Assembly: GCA_964408175.1 (NCBI GenBank)
Contig: CAYOYL010000057.1
Coordinates: forward strand, 1 to 54,794
Reading direction: 5' to 3'
Length of the DNA stretch: 54,794 nt
Source of the DNA: an uncultured bacterium
GTDB lineage: Bacteria; Ratteibacteria; UBA8468; B48-G9; JAFGKM01
The translations under genes were made by a program, and so were the position numbers. Below, piece by piece: positions 17,275-27,033 of the stretch. The notes under the pieces were generated by a model, which saw only the letters and a program-made list of their open reading frames with translations, did no database searches and was not told where the DNA came from. Position 1 is the first letter of the stretch. Each line of letters starts with the position of its first letter.

Positions 17275-19149
17275 CTATCGTCCCTTTTTGGGGATTGCCC
17301 AGAGGAGTATCCGGTTTACTGCTACCCCATCCAAAATATGTATCTCCACATCTTTTATACCCTGGGGGATATCTACCGGCAGATGGTAGTTGTTGGACAT
17401 CAGCCAGCCACGCTTGCCATCTTCTCCCACCCATTCAACTATGAGAGATTCAGCGTCTTTAAAATTACCTTTAACCTGCATATAAACGTCAAACTCCGTT
17501 TTGGAAGTGGTCAATACCCCCTGGGTTGCTCCACCGGGCCTTGATATATTGGGCAGTATAAGTGTCCCCCTGACGTCAGGAGACAAATCTTTCTCCTTCT
17601 GGACAATCCATTCCCATCCAGTATTGAAAGCACGTTTTACTGGATGCCTTACTACATTTTTTGTCTGCAGACCCATAGTGGCAATGGAGAAGTCCTCATC
17701 AAAGAGTATATGACCAGGCTTTTCATCAACAAACTCAAGCCTCAAAAGGGTTCCGCCTCCAGCTTCAAGGGTTAGTAATGAACCTGCCAGACTGCTGGAG
17801 TTTTCCTCTCTAACGGCAAGTTCCTTTTTTGCAATAACGTCTTCCACCCTTTTTATGTTGGGCATAAATAAAATCTTTTTTTGCTGTGCCTCTTTAAGGT
17901 TGTCGTTCACTACCACAACATACCGGCATGTGCTATCCGCCTGACTGATGAATGTTGCTGTGGTAAAGGTATCTTCAACAAAAGCCGCAGGGAAGTCTGC
18001 ATCTTTTAGACTCATAAGCAGGTTCTCTATCTCCGATATCACTCCGAAGGTTCTTCCCATCTCTCTCATCTGAGGGGTGGGGACTCCATTTATATACATC
18101 AGGGCTTCAGGCATCTCTGTTTTCACCTGTTTATTGACCACTGGCCATTTCAGCCCTTTCACCCGAGCAGCAGTCTTTGCCATCTTCTCAGGGACTTCCC
18201 CCTTACCATCCCAGTCATTTTTTGCAGGCCAGAGAACGTAGAATACAACTCCCCTGCATCCGTTTCTAACTCCCTCCCATATCTGCCACCGCGTCTCTTC
18301 AACAGTAGGCATACGCCAGTGATGGTATGTACCCGGCTCTATAACAACATTCATATTCTCGTCATACCACCACGGACCCCAGAAATCACCGAATACCCCG
18401 GGCATTATCCACAAATGCCTGCCTGCCTTTCTTACCGCCCCGGCGAGTGCCGATAACGTGTTCCTGTAATATCCCTGCGAACGCAGAGCAGGATTGGGTA
18501 TATTGGGAGACCTGTCCCCTCCAAACGGATATATGTCAACGCACTGGACAGGAAAACCTGTCTGTAGGGCATAGGATTCTGTGTAACCGTGCATTGTAAC
18601 CACAACTGATTCTCTGGATGGGTCAACGGCCTTCATCTCCCGCCTGAAAACCTCCATCTGTTTTGCTATCGCTTTTGAGGGCTCGTCGCGAAGTACATAG
18701 GCAGTTAGGGCTCTCTTCCCGCCGAGTATATTAAAGGACTGAACTGCCGCATTCTTTATATCTTCAACACCCTTAATACCATGGTAGGAAAGGGATAAAA
18801 AAGGATTGATGTTGGGCATAACACCTATATGATACCTTTCAGCAATATCGCATACCCTCGCCGCATCTTCCATGCCGATATTCACAAACCACACAACATT
18901 ACAGTTAAGGTCATTCTTCAGGATTTTAAGCGTATTCTCGACAAATACCCAGAACTCAATACCTGCCTTTTCTGCAACAGCACCTGTTCTTTCCCAAGGC
19001 CAGTACACACCCCGCATGTAATGGTCTTTGATATCCATTGAAGGACCTGACCGGCGTTCCTGAGAAATCCCCGGCCGTACACTGCAAAAAAGAATAGTTG
19101 CAAAAAATACCGCATAAAAAATCTGCCATCCCATCTGTCTGTTTCCCAT
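17275..19149 (-). CDS. Secreted hypothetical protein (624 aa), possible TIM-barrel glycosidase-like module
   Basis: N-terminal signal peptide (QIFYAVFFATILFCSV). It shares motif order with the C-terminal half of the 913 aa protein: LRDEP vs LTEEI, DIYPF vs DRYPF, HLWIMP vs NLWIVL. Family not recognised. Confidence 0.55.
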   Translation of the reverse strand: MGNRQMGWQIFYAVFFATILFCSVRPGISQERRSGPSMDIKDHYMRGVYWPWERTGAVAEKAGIEFWVFVENTLKILKNDLNCNVVWFVNIGMEDAARVCDIAERYHIGVMPNINPFLSLSYHGIKGVEDIKNAAVQSFNILGGKRALTAYVLRDEPSKAIAKQMEVFRREMKAVDPSRESVVVTMHGYTESYALQTGFPVQCVDIYPFGGDRSPNIPNPALRSQGYYRNTLSALAGAVRKAGRHLWIMPGVFGDFWGPWWYDENMNVVIEPGTYHHWRMPTVEETRWQIWEGVRNGCRGVVFYVLWPAKNDWDGKGEVPEKMAKTAARVKGLKWPVVNKQVKTEMPEALMYINGVPTPQMREMGRTFGVISEIENLLMSLKDADFPAAFVEDTFTTATFISQADSTCRYVVVVNDNLKEAQQKKILFMPNIKRVEDVIAKKELAVREENSSSLAGSLLTLEAGGGTLLRLEFVDEKPGHILFDEDFSIATMGLQTKNVVRHPVKRAFNTGWEWIVQKEKDLSPDVRGTLILPNISRPGGATQGVLTTSKTEFDVYMQVKGNFKDAESLIVEWVGEDGKRGWLMSNNYHLPVDIPQGIKDVEIHILDGVAVNRILLWAIPKKGR

Positions 19150-19182
19150 TTTCTCCCCCGTGGTTTTTAAAAAATATTCTTA

Positions 19183-21600
19183 CTACCTTACCCCTGCCTT
19201 CACAAGTTTCTCTATCATATCAGCGACATCCTGCCTGATGTCATCTATATACTGAGGGTTTTTTATAGGCTCAAGAGCAAGGTACCAGTCATCGCCAAAG
19301 TAGTCTCTTATCCAGTTCATCAGCCCTTCCGCTTCTTCTTTAAGAGCCGCATCCTTACACCTTGATGTAAGCGTTTCAAGTGTATGCAGATAGTTAAGGT
19401 CTATCAGAGCCTGCCTTATATTCTCCCTGCCCAGTCTCGGGAGAACATCAGTACCGGCAAAACCTGCCATCTGGTGGTTAGTGAATGTGGGTGCTACCGA
19501 ATCATCTCCCCAGTCAAGTATGCCATCCACAGGTTCTTTCCATAGATAGATACCCCTGAATACGCGTTGCTCAACAGTCGCTGCAGCCTGACCGGTTCTG
19601 TACCAGTATACCTGCCTTCCCTCATTCTTATATCTCCTTGTGGCATCTATGCCGTACGCCAGGTTTCCACTCATCGCGATTATCGGAACTATCTTTTCAA
19701 GGTTATCTGCCATAAGAAGTCCGACCGGGACATTTGGAGTGAAAGAAGGTGTCAGAAGCCCCTTCGCTATAAAACTCTTGTATCTCTTCACACCTACAGG
19801 TATCTGGCTGTATCTTACAGGTTCGTCTATACCCCACCCCATTATGTTGTGTTTTTTCTTCAACCCCGTAATATCCTCTGCGGTGAGATTCCCTGACCTG
19901 ACAAGAACAAAACCTCCCAACATCCCAAGTTCGCGGCACCTTTCCATTACCCACAAAAGGTCCTCCCTTTTTGAGACATAAACAATGAGCCCATTATATC
20001 CCACATCAGCAATACATTTTAGTGCCTTAAGGTATTCTTCCCTCCCAATGGCATACTTTCCTGCACTCTCTTTATCCGTATCCTGAGACCTTATGAAATA
20101 ACGAAAAAACGTGCCGTATGTCTTATGTTTGGCCTGAAGTAAACTGAAAGGTCTTACCGTAAGATTTACGTCTATCTCTACTATCCTCCCGTCTATTGAA
20201 ACCGTATATTTACCCCTGTAATCTCCCGATGCCGCATCAACAGGGATTCTCACTGCATTGTAGATATATGCAACCTCTCCAGTCTTTATTGAAAATGGTG
20301 TCATTCTCTCTGCATCTTTTATATCGTTGTTGATTGCTAATATCTCATCAAAAGGTACATTTTGAGACAACCCCCAATCCTTCACCAGCAGAAGACTCTT
20401 ACCGGCTACATACCTTGATTCAATGGAGGATGCAGGTATCTGGCTTCTCAGCCTGCCGTCAAGGTTTCCACAGGATACATTCCCTGTTGATATGTCTTCT
20501 GTTGCTCTTATCCCAATAACAAGTGGAACTACCTCTCCGGGTGTTCCATAAAGATGCACACTCTTCAGTGTCCTGCCGTATTCAGGCGTGGTCCTGCCTT
20601 CCAGTGCACCATCTGCAAGGTGTACGGGGAAAACCACAACCTTCCCCTTCCTGTAAGGCATCTCCATAACACTGTCATAAGGCAGTCCTGTCCTTATACC
20701 CATTTCCATGCTGCGGGCAAGATACCGGTTTATATTTCCAGCCGCCAGCAGGTGAGCAAAACTACTGTCTAACGTTTCCGGATTAGATGGGGAAAAGAGA
20801 GTGTATCTCAGTTCCATCTCCCATGAGCCGCCCGGAGACAGTTTTTTACGCGGGAAGAAAATCTCTGCTGTTCTGCTTAAAGGGTCACTGCCTGAACCCC
20901 AGAAAAATATTGCCGCAACATCCGTTTTTTCCACTGTGACAACAAGCCCCTTATCACCGGTTATGTCCGCAAGGGCAAACCACCGACCTGAAGGCTTAAT
21001 AAAAGGCCTGTGAAAATATCCCGTACCTCCCAGATGATAAAATGCGAACGGCTCCCCTTCTGTCCACGGTACAACAAAAACGCTGTCTATGCCCCTGTTA
21101 AGCCCTGTTCCTAACCAGTCCTGAACCCTGTAATATATCACCCTGTCCTCACTACCTGTATTGGTTACCTTTACAGAATATATGAGAGCAGGCCCTTCAA
21201 TGGATATCTTTTTCTCCTCCCTGAGGCCGTCAAGAAACATATACCTGTTGTCATATGTAAAACTCGCTTCCGCTGGAGAACTTCTTACAACTGTATATTG
21301 CTCCTGAGGCTGTGAAGACTTGTAACTTCCGGACATCATACCTGTAAGGGCACCTCCACTCACTGTCCCTGCATCCCTTCCTTCTTTAACAGGCTCCCAC
21401 ATTGAAACAAAATCATATCCGTGCTTGACAGAATACAGACTGCTCGCTCTGGCTCCCCAGCGGGGCTCAATCTTAATCTGCCAGTAGTCATTCTTCATTA
21501 CCATCTGGTCTCCCCTTTCTGTCTCTCCTAAAAGAATCCCTGAAAATAAAAACATCCCTATCACAAGCATTATCCTATCCACTCTCAGCAGAGTAATCAT
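19183..21600 (-). CDS. Secreted hypothetical protein (805 aa), possibly DUF4091/GH123-like at the C-terminus
   Basis: Signal-peptide-like N-terminus (MLVIGMFLFSGILLG). The C-terminal WGIDEP, VYWYRTG and GILDWGDD resemble DUF4091 from memory only. Confidence 0.45.
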   Translation of the reverse strand: MITLLRVDRIMLVIGMFLFSGILLGETERGDQMVMKNDYWQIKIEPRWGARASSLYSVKHGYDFVSMWEPVKEGRDAGTVSGGALTGMMSGSYKSSQPQEQYTVVRSSPAEASFTYDNRYMFLDGLREEKKISIEGPALIYSVKVTNTGSEDRVIYYRVQDWLGTGLNRGIDSVFVVPWTEGEPFAFYHLGGTGYFHRPFIKPSGRWFALADITGDKGLVVTVEKTDVAAIFFWGSGSDPLSRTAEIFFPRKKLSPGGSWEMELRYTLFSPSNPETLDSSFAHLLAAGNINRYLARSMEMGIRTGLPYDSVMEMPYRKGKVVVFPVHLADGALEGRTTPEYGRTLKSVHLYGTPGEVVPLVIGIRATEDISTGNVSCGNLDGRLRSQIPASSIESRYVAGKSLLLVKDWGLSQNVPFDEILAINNDIKDAERMTPFSIKTGEVAYIYNAVRIPVDAASGDYRGKYTVSIDGRIVEIDVNLTVRPFSLLQAKHKTYGTFFRYFIRSQDTDKESAGKYAIGREEYLKALKCIADVGYNGLIVYVSKREDLLWVMERCRELGMLGGFVLVRSGNLTAEDITGLKKKHNIMGWGIDEPVRYSQIPVGVKRYKSFIAKGLLTPSFTPNVPVGLLMADNLEKIVPIIAMSGNLAYGIDATRRYKNEGRQVYWYRTGQAAATVEQRVFRGIYLWKEPVDGILDWGDDSVAPTFTNHQMAGFAGTDVLPRLGRENIRQALIDLNYLHTLETLTSRCKDAALKEEAEGLMNWIRDYFGDDWYLALEPIKNPQYIDDIRQDVADMIEKLVKAGVR

Positions 21601-21660
21601 ATTCCCCCCATATCCTCCTGTTTATCACTTATCCCTGATAAAATTAAAACAGGAGATTTT

Positions 21661-24402
21661 TTATTCCCCCACACGAAAGATTCGTCCGCTGCCTGGAGAA
21701 ATGGTTAAAGCACCAAGTTCCTGTGTTGTAAGTTTTTTACCTGTTGAAACGTCATACACAGGTCCGGAAATAGAACAGACAAATTTAAAGGTCCTCTCTT
21801 TTACCCAGTCTGCATTCACCGCTATGAGATATGTCCCGGGAACATCCTCTTTAGGCCTTGCTCTAAAGGTTGTTACCCATATCCTGTCGTCTTCACTCTC
21901 AGCAACGCTTTTTTCCTGTCTCTGCAGTTTTAACAATAGTTCTTTGTGGGGAGTTATCTCGGCAAGCGCCTCTGCCCATGCCTTATAAGCAGGGGTATCA
22001 TCTCCCGTCAATGTTTTGAAAGCAGTTCCACCACCTTCCTCGCCCCCCCTTAAAGAGTAAAGATAGGCATACAATCCTGTTGCACCCCTTCCCACGGCAA
22101 CCCATGCCTGTGCCTTCATCTGTAAAGGATGGCTTATATGTCTCGCATAATAGGTATTCCCACCGGGTGTTTTGACAGACTGGCTGTATGACTGTAATAC
22201 TATCCACAGATTGGCATCTATTGAACGGGCAACACGATAGTGCTTATCAATCTCTGAAGCCCACGTTTTTAATGGGTCTGCCCAGTACTGGCGGAAAGGG
22301 TATCTGTCCCATGCCAGAACCTTTGTATCGGGAAAAACCTCTGCATGTTTTTTCTGAGGCTCCAGATGATTGTGGAGCACCACAATATCGTCATCAAGAG
22401 ATATATCCTTCATAAGAGCATAGTACTGTCTGAGAGACTCCACCATATCTATGTCTATCTCTTCAGTCAGCCCCCATGCCAGTAGTCCCCACCTGTCTCT
22501 GGCAGCAGGAGCAAGATTTCTTGCACCCGGCTCTATCCTTGACTTAAACCATCTCTCATTTTTCTCCGTACTTCCCTGGTCATGAAAATAGACCGGTCCG
22601 TAGGTCCATGAACGGATGCCTGACTCTTCCAAAAGGTCAAAATATCTTCCATTGTCCTGATAAAAAGGGTGACCGCTGCCCATTATTGAGTTCATATTAT
22701 GTTTCCTGAGGTCGTGGAGCACAGCCTTGAATCCATTCCACCTGTCCATCCCCAGCGTCTCAGCCGCAGACATTGCTCCGCTGGCGTTTAACCATACACC
22801 CATAGGGAAGAATTTTTTTACAGTAGATTTTTTCTCATCGTCAGTTAGAGGCTCCGGTTTGCAGCCGAGCCATCCTATAATGTTTTCTTTTAACCGTTTT
22901 GTCTGTTCAACCGTCAACCCTCTAATTATATGCCTACTCTCCACCTCTGGTTCTCTCTCTTCAGGATAGCGGGCAAGCCTCACATCATCCAGGGAAAAAG
23001 AGAATTTTTCTTCAGTTGACCATCTCTGTCCGTACGTTGAAATCTTCAGCCATCTCACGCTGCTCCTTCCCATCCTGCTTATATCTATGCTGTACTTCTG
23101 CCATGTATCACTCTTTTCTATCCACAGAAGATGCGAGTAACCTTCAGGACGGCTGTACATCCCTATGCGGACCCGCTGGAAGACATCCCCGGGGGATTTT
23201 CCTGCTGTATTTATTGCCAATTCAAGACGGTTATAGTCTCTCCAGTCCGCCTGCGGTATTTTTGTAACCATAACACTGGACTGTTTCACGCCTCCCTTAC
23301 CGTCATCCTGAGGGTCAAGAAGAACAGATAGGCATCCTTCTCCTTTATACGCACCCGAAGGTGCACCTTCATTCCATCTGATAGATGCATTTTCCGAAAC
23401 CACCCAGTCATCTGTCCCCTTTTCGAAACTGTAAAGAACAAACTCCTTTTCAGGTTTTGGAGGCAGTTTTATCAAAACCTCAGCCTTATGCGAAGAGATA
23501 TCAGCATCGGCATACGTAATTATGTTCTCACCGGGTTTGAGAGCAGGCAAATGAATTCCAGATGTATCAAGCCATGCAGTTATGTGAACAGGACCTATAA
23601 GCGTCCACTTTTTGCCTTCGCCCTTAAGGCTGAGAGACAGGTATGCCTTTGAACAGCCAATCTTTTCAAACCTCATACCAATGCCGTCAACAGAAGCATA
23701 GAGGCTCTTTTCAGATAGGGAAATCGGATGACGGACACCTTTTTCACTGAAAGATTCGGGAACTATGCCGCCGGAAGAAACGGTATAGGTACCTATAACA
23801 TCTTCACCTCCCGTATCCCTGCTGACTGTTATTTCTACCTGCTGGTTTGAATCCAGAGTCCTGTATCCTGTTATCAGCCTTAAGGAATTTATTTTAATCC
23901 CTCCGGGAAATTCTATCGGATATGTAACCCTGTTACCACTTGTAAGTCTGAGAAAAAGAACATTCGCAGGGTGAGAATAACCCCTCGCTTTCCCGCCAAG
24001 TGCATCCCACTGATGCTTGAGATATTCAAGAGGATTGTCAGCCTGTTCAAAGGTTACAGTCGGGTCAAAACCGTTAAAGCCCCCGTCATACATCCACACC
24101 CCGGTACCGTTTGGGTTAAGAGTAAGTATGCTGTCGGTAAGAAGTCTTCCTGCAATCAGACTTCCGTTCAAGACAGGACCTTCTGTAAACCTTACAGTAT
24201 CGGCAGAATAATCAGTAATGCCCTTTATCAAAACTGCAGGATAAACAACCTCCTCAAAGGGATTTTTTACGACAAGCCTATCTCCTGACTTGTTAACCTT
24301 CTTGTAAAACTCCTGGGCAGGAAACAAAGAACTGCTGCTAAAGAGTAAAATTAGAGATATAGACAAGATACACACACGCAGACCTGCAGATTTTTCAAGC
24401 AT
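21661..24402 (-). CDS. Secreted hypothetical protein (913 aa), N-terminal beta-rich region plus C-terminal TIM-barrel-like module
   Basis: Signal peptide (LRVCILSISLILLFSSSSLFPA). The C-terminal half shows the same motif order as the 624 aa protein. Confidence 0.5.
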   Translation of the reverse strand: MLEKSAGLRVCILSISLILLFSSSSLFPAQEFYKKVNKSGDRLVVKNPFEEVVYPAVLIKGITDYSADTVRFTEGPVLNGSLIAGRLLTDSILTLNPNGTGVWMYDGGFNGFDPTVTFEQADNPLEYLKHQWDALGGKARGYSHPANVLFLRLTSGNRVTYPIEFPGGIKINSLRLITGYRTLDSNQQVEITVSRDTGGEDVIGTYTVSSGGIVPESFSEKGVRHPISLSEKSLYASVDGIGMRFEKIGCSKAYLSLSLKGEGKKWTLIGPVHITAWLDTSGIHLPALKPGENIITYADADISSHKAEVLIKLPPKPEKEFVLYSFEKGTDDWVVSENASIRWNEGAPSGAYKGEGCLSVLLDPQDDGKGGVKQSSVMVTKIPQADWRDYNRLELAINTAGKSPGDVFQRVRIGMYSRPEGYSHLLWIEKSDTWQKYSIDISRMGRSSVRWLKISTYGQRWSTEEKFSFSLDDVRLARYPEEREPEVESRHIIRGLTVEQTKRLKENIIGWLGCKPEPLTDDEKKSTVKKFFPMGVWLNASGAMSAAETLGMDRWNGFKAVLHDLRKHNMNSIMGSGHPFYQDNGRYFDLLEESGIRSWTYGPVYFHDQGSTEKNERWFKSRIEPGARNLAPAARDRWGLLAWGLTEEIDIDMVESLRQYYALMKDISLDDDIVVLHNHLEPQKKHAEVFPDTKVLAWDRYPFRQYWADPLKTWASEIDKHYRVARSIDANLWIVLQSYSQSVKTPGGNTYYARHISHPLQMKAQAWVAVGRGATGLYAYLYSLRGGEEGGGTAFKTLTGDDTPAYKAWAEALAEITPHKELLLKLQRQEKSVAESEDDRIWVTTFRARPKEDVPGTYLIAVNADWVKERTFKFVCSISGPVYDVSTGKKLTTQELGALTISPGSGRIFRVGE

Positions 24403-24574
24403 ATGCTGTCTCCTTTTATTTAAAACGCTGGAAATCTGGTTCGCATAACCTATATGTGTTTAAAAACGGTAACACATCATCCTACAAAAATCAAGTCCCG
24501 TCCCAACTGTCTGTTGACCTCGGGAGGGAAAAAGATTACCATAAAAGGAATATTCTACTGTCACACAATATAAA

Positions 24575-25507
24575 ATGAAAATAATATATTTTGGGAGTGA
24601 TGAGTTTGGAATACCTTCACTTGAGGAACTAAAAAAAAGGGATGTACTTCTGGGAACTGTAACTGCGCCTGACAGACCCAAAGGCAGGGGATTGAAAACC
24701 TCCTGTACTGCCGTAAAAAAATGGGCTATACAGAACAACATACCTGTTCACCAGCCTGAAACACTGTCGGATAAAATGTTCATAGATACCCTTAAGGTTT
24801 TAGAACCTGAACTTATTATACTGATATCCTACGGGAAAATTCTTCCGCCCCCTGTTATCAGAATACCTTCTGTGGCGGCAATAAACCTTCATCCTTCCCT
24901 CCTTCCAAAATACAGGGGAGCCGCTCCCATGGAGTGGACACTGATAAACGGAGAAAAAGAGACAGGGATAACGGTAATAACAATCAAGGATAAGATAGAC
25001 ACCGGTAACATTATAATGCAGAAAAAAGTGGTCATTGATGAAACCGATGACATCTTTTCTTTGAAAAAGAGGCTGTCTGAGACTTCTTCGGGGGTACTTA
25101 TTGAGAGCATAGAAGAAATAAAAAGAGGCATCCGTCCTGCTCCCCAAAGGGGAAACCCTTCATATGCCAGAAAGTTGACTAAAGAAGACGGACTTATAAG
25201 ATGGGAAAAGACGGCATCTGAGATACACAACCTTATCAGGGGAACAAAAGAATGGCCGGGAGCATACACATACATCAACGGTAGATACCTGAAGATATTC
25301 CATTCCATCCCCGGCATGGAATGGGGGGAGAAGGGAGCAAAAACAGGGGAAGTGATAAAGACAGACAGGGACTCAATATATGTTGCCTGCGGAGAAGGGA
25401 TTCTGCAAATAGATGAAGTCCAGATGGAGGGGAAAAAAAGAATGCCTGTATCAGAATTTCTGAAAGGGTACAGGATAAAAACTGGAGACAGGTTCTTCTC
25501 TTCATAA
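24575..25507 (+). CDS. fmt: Methionyl-tRNA formyltransferase
   Basis: MKIIYFGSDEFGIPSL, the HPSLLPKYRGAAP motif, 310 aa. Confidence 0.93.
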   Translation: MKIIYFGSDEFGIPSLEELKKRDVLLGTVTAPDRPKGRGLKTSCTAVKKWAIQNNIPVHQPETLSDKMFIDTLKVLEPELIILISYGKILPPPVIRIPSVAAINLHPSLLPKYRGAAPMEWTLINGEKETGITVITIKDKIDTGNIIMQKKVVIDETDDIFSLKKRLSETSSGVLIESIEEIKRGIRPAPQRGNPSYARKLTKEDGLIRWEKTASEIHNLIRGTKEWPGAYTYINGRYLKIFHSIPGMEWGEKGAKTGEVIKTDRDSIYVACGEGILQIDEVQMEGKKRMPVSEFLKGYRIKTGDRFFSS

Positions 25508-25517
25508 AGGGAATCAT

Positions 25518-26843
25518 ATGTTCTTTAACAGTTTAATTAACGTTGAAACGGGTTCGGCTGTAAACGACGCGGAGATTATTATTCACATCCTCAACAAAAT
25601 CTTTGCCCCATTCTTTGACCTCCCTTCATATTTTTTAACCCTCCCCTATCCCAGAACTCAGATTATTTCCTGGCTCCTCTGGCTCTTAGCCGTATGGGTC
25701 ATCTACTCTCTTATCAGATTAAAGGGCAGATGGACAAAAAAATCCCTGTCACTATTCAGAGGGATGACAGTAATCACAGTCTCTTTTTTGCTCTTTATCC
25801 TTTACTGCATATTCTGCCCGCTGCCACAGAACCTACTGAAATCAAAAAATCCTGATGAGTTTTTTATTGACCTGCACTCCCACACCATATATTCCCACGA
25901 TGGCATCGTTACCCCCGAAAGGAGTTTCTACTGGCACGTTAACCATGGATTTAACGGCTGGGCAACCACTGAACACGACTGGATAGGTGGTGCCCCTGCC
26001 ATACAGAAAAAAATCATACAAAAGAATTTTATTGATGCTGCCGTAATTGAAGGAGAAGAGATAAGTTTTAAGGGTATTCATCTTAATCTCTTAGGGATTA
26101 AAGAGAATATTGATGCAAAAAAGTATAAAGACCTGGATGGCATGGTGGAAGACGTTCACAACCAGGGCGGGGCGGTCATCGTTCCACATCTTTGGGCTGA
26201 AACAAGGTCCACATATTCTATGGATGACCTGTATGAAGCAGGCGTTGACGGATTTGAGATAGCAGGAAACGCCTCTGTCTATCTTACGCAAGAGAGACAA
26301 CAGGAGATAATTGCCTTCTGCCAAAAGAAGGGGCTGGTAATGGTAAGCGGCACAAACTGGCACGGATGGAGAAATTCTTGTAACGTATGGACAGGCATCA
26401 GGTCAGAAGACTGGAAGCAGATGGATATGAAATCCCGGGAGAAATATATTATCTCTTCCTTGAGAGACAGGGAGGTCAACAGGTTCAGGGTTATCGGATA
26501 CCCGCAGAAAAGAACCTCCAACATTCATTATATCTTTGAACCCTTTACCGGCTTTTATTTCTATTTTCTATCCCTGGACATATGGCAAAAACTCTCGTGG
26601 CTCTTCTGGATATTGGTTATATATTTTCTTTTAAGACTTCTTAAAGGCAAGAGGTATTCGGCCCTTATTCTCTGGTCAGTGATAACTCTGGTATTACTGG
26701 CAAAATCTATATCAGTCCACAGTATCTGGAAAACTGTATCTGAATACAATGACATCCTACCTGATATAACCAAAGGTTTTTTAATTATGACATTGGTTAC
26801 CACCATCCTTGCCCTCACAAATATCAGAAGACGCCATACCTGA
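25518..26843 (+). CDS. Membrane-anchored PHP-domain phosphoesterase-like protein
   Basis: Hydrophobic segments at both ends (~aa 40-105 and ~345-440) flank DLHSHTIYSHDG (PHP motif), TTEHDW and VPHLW. Confidence 0.6.
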   Translation: MFFNSLINVETGSAVNDAEIIIHILNKIFAPFFDLPSYFLTLPYPRTQIISWLLWLLAVWVIYSLIRLKGRWTKKSLSLFRGMTVITVSFLLFILYCIFCPLPQNLLKSKNPDEFFIDLHSHTIYSHDGIVTPERSFYWHVNHGFNGWATTEHDWIGGAPAIQKKIIQKNFIDAAVIEGEEISFKGIHLNLLGIKENIDAKKYKDLDGMVEDVHNQGGAVIVPHLWAETRSTYSMDDLYEAGVDGFEIAGNASVYLTQERQQEIIAFCQKKGLVMVSGTNWHGWRNSCNVWTGIRSEDWKQMDMKSREKYIISSLRDREVNRFRVIGYPQKRTSNIHYIFEPFTGFYFYFLSLDIWQKLSWLFWILVIYFLLRLLKGKRYSALILWSVITLVLLAKSISVHSIWKTVSEYNDILPDITKGFLIMTLVTTILALTNIRRRHT

Positions 26844-26845
26844 TG

Positions 26846-26963
26846 AAAAGGGGACAGGCTACTTTTTTCATATTCAATGTGCCGGTTGGAGCAATTTCAA
26901 AAAACAATCAGAGATTTTCTTCTCTCTTATAATTTAAGGATAAAAAGTAGCCTGTCCCCTTTT
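26846..26963. repeat. Perfect 22 bp inverted repeat with a 74 nt spacer
   Basis: AAAAGGGGACAGGCTACTTTTT (26846-26867) is the exact reverse complement of 26942-26963. It begins 3 nt after the stop of the PHP gene. Confidence 0.85.
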
Positions 26964-26969
26964 CCCCGT

Positions 26970-26999
26970 TTGATTTGGGAACATTTCCCATGCTATAAT
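26970..26999 (+). promoter_or_regulatory. Putative sigma-70 promoter with extended -10 (TTGATT-N18-TGcTATAAT)
   Basis: TTGATT at 26970-26975 and TGCTATAAT at 26991-26999, 35 nt upstream of the lysC ATG. Confidence 0.5.
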
Positions 27000-27002
27000 T
27001 AC

Positions 27003-27030
27003 CTACGGAGGTCCGACCTCCGTAGGGAGG
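27003..27030 (+). promoter_or_regulatory. lysC leader hairpin with an SD / anti-SD / SD arrangement
   Basis: CTACGGAGG (27003-27011) pairs with CCTCCGTAG (27017-27025). The same CCTCC could instead pair with the real RBS GGAGG (27026-27030). Confidence 0.45.
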
Positions 27031-27033
27031 GAA

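Noticed and set aside
26964-27033. A lysine riboswitch (L-box) upstream of lysC.
   Set aside because: The available leader after the predicted -10 box is only ~28 nt, whereas an L-box needs ~180 nt. No conserved L-box helices were seen.
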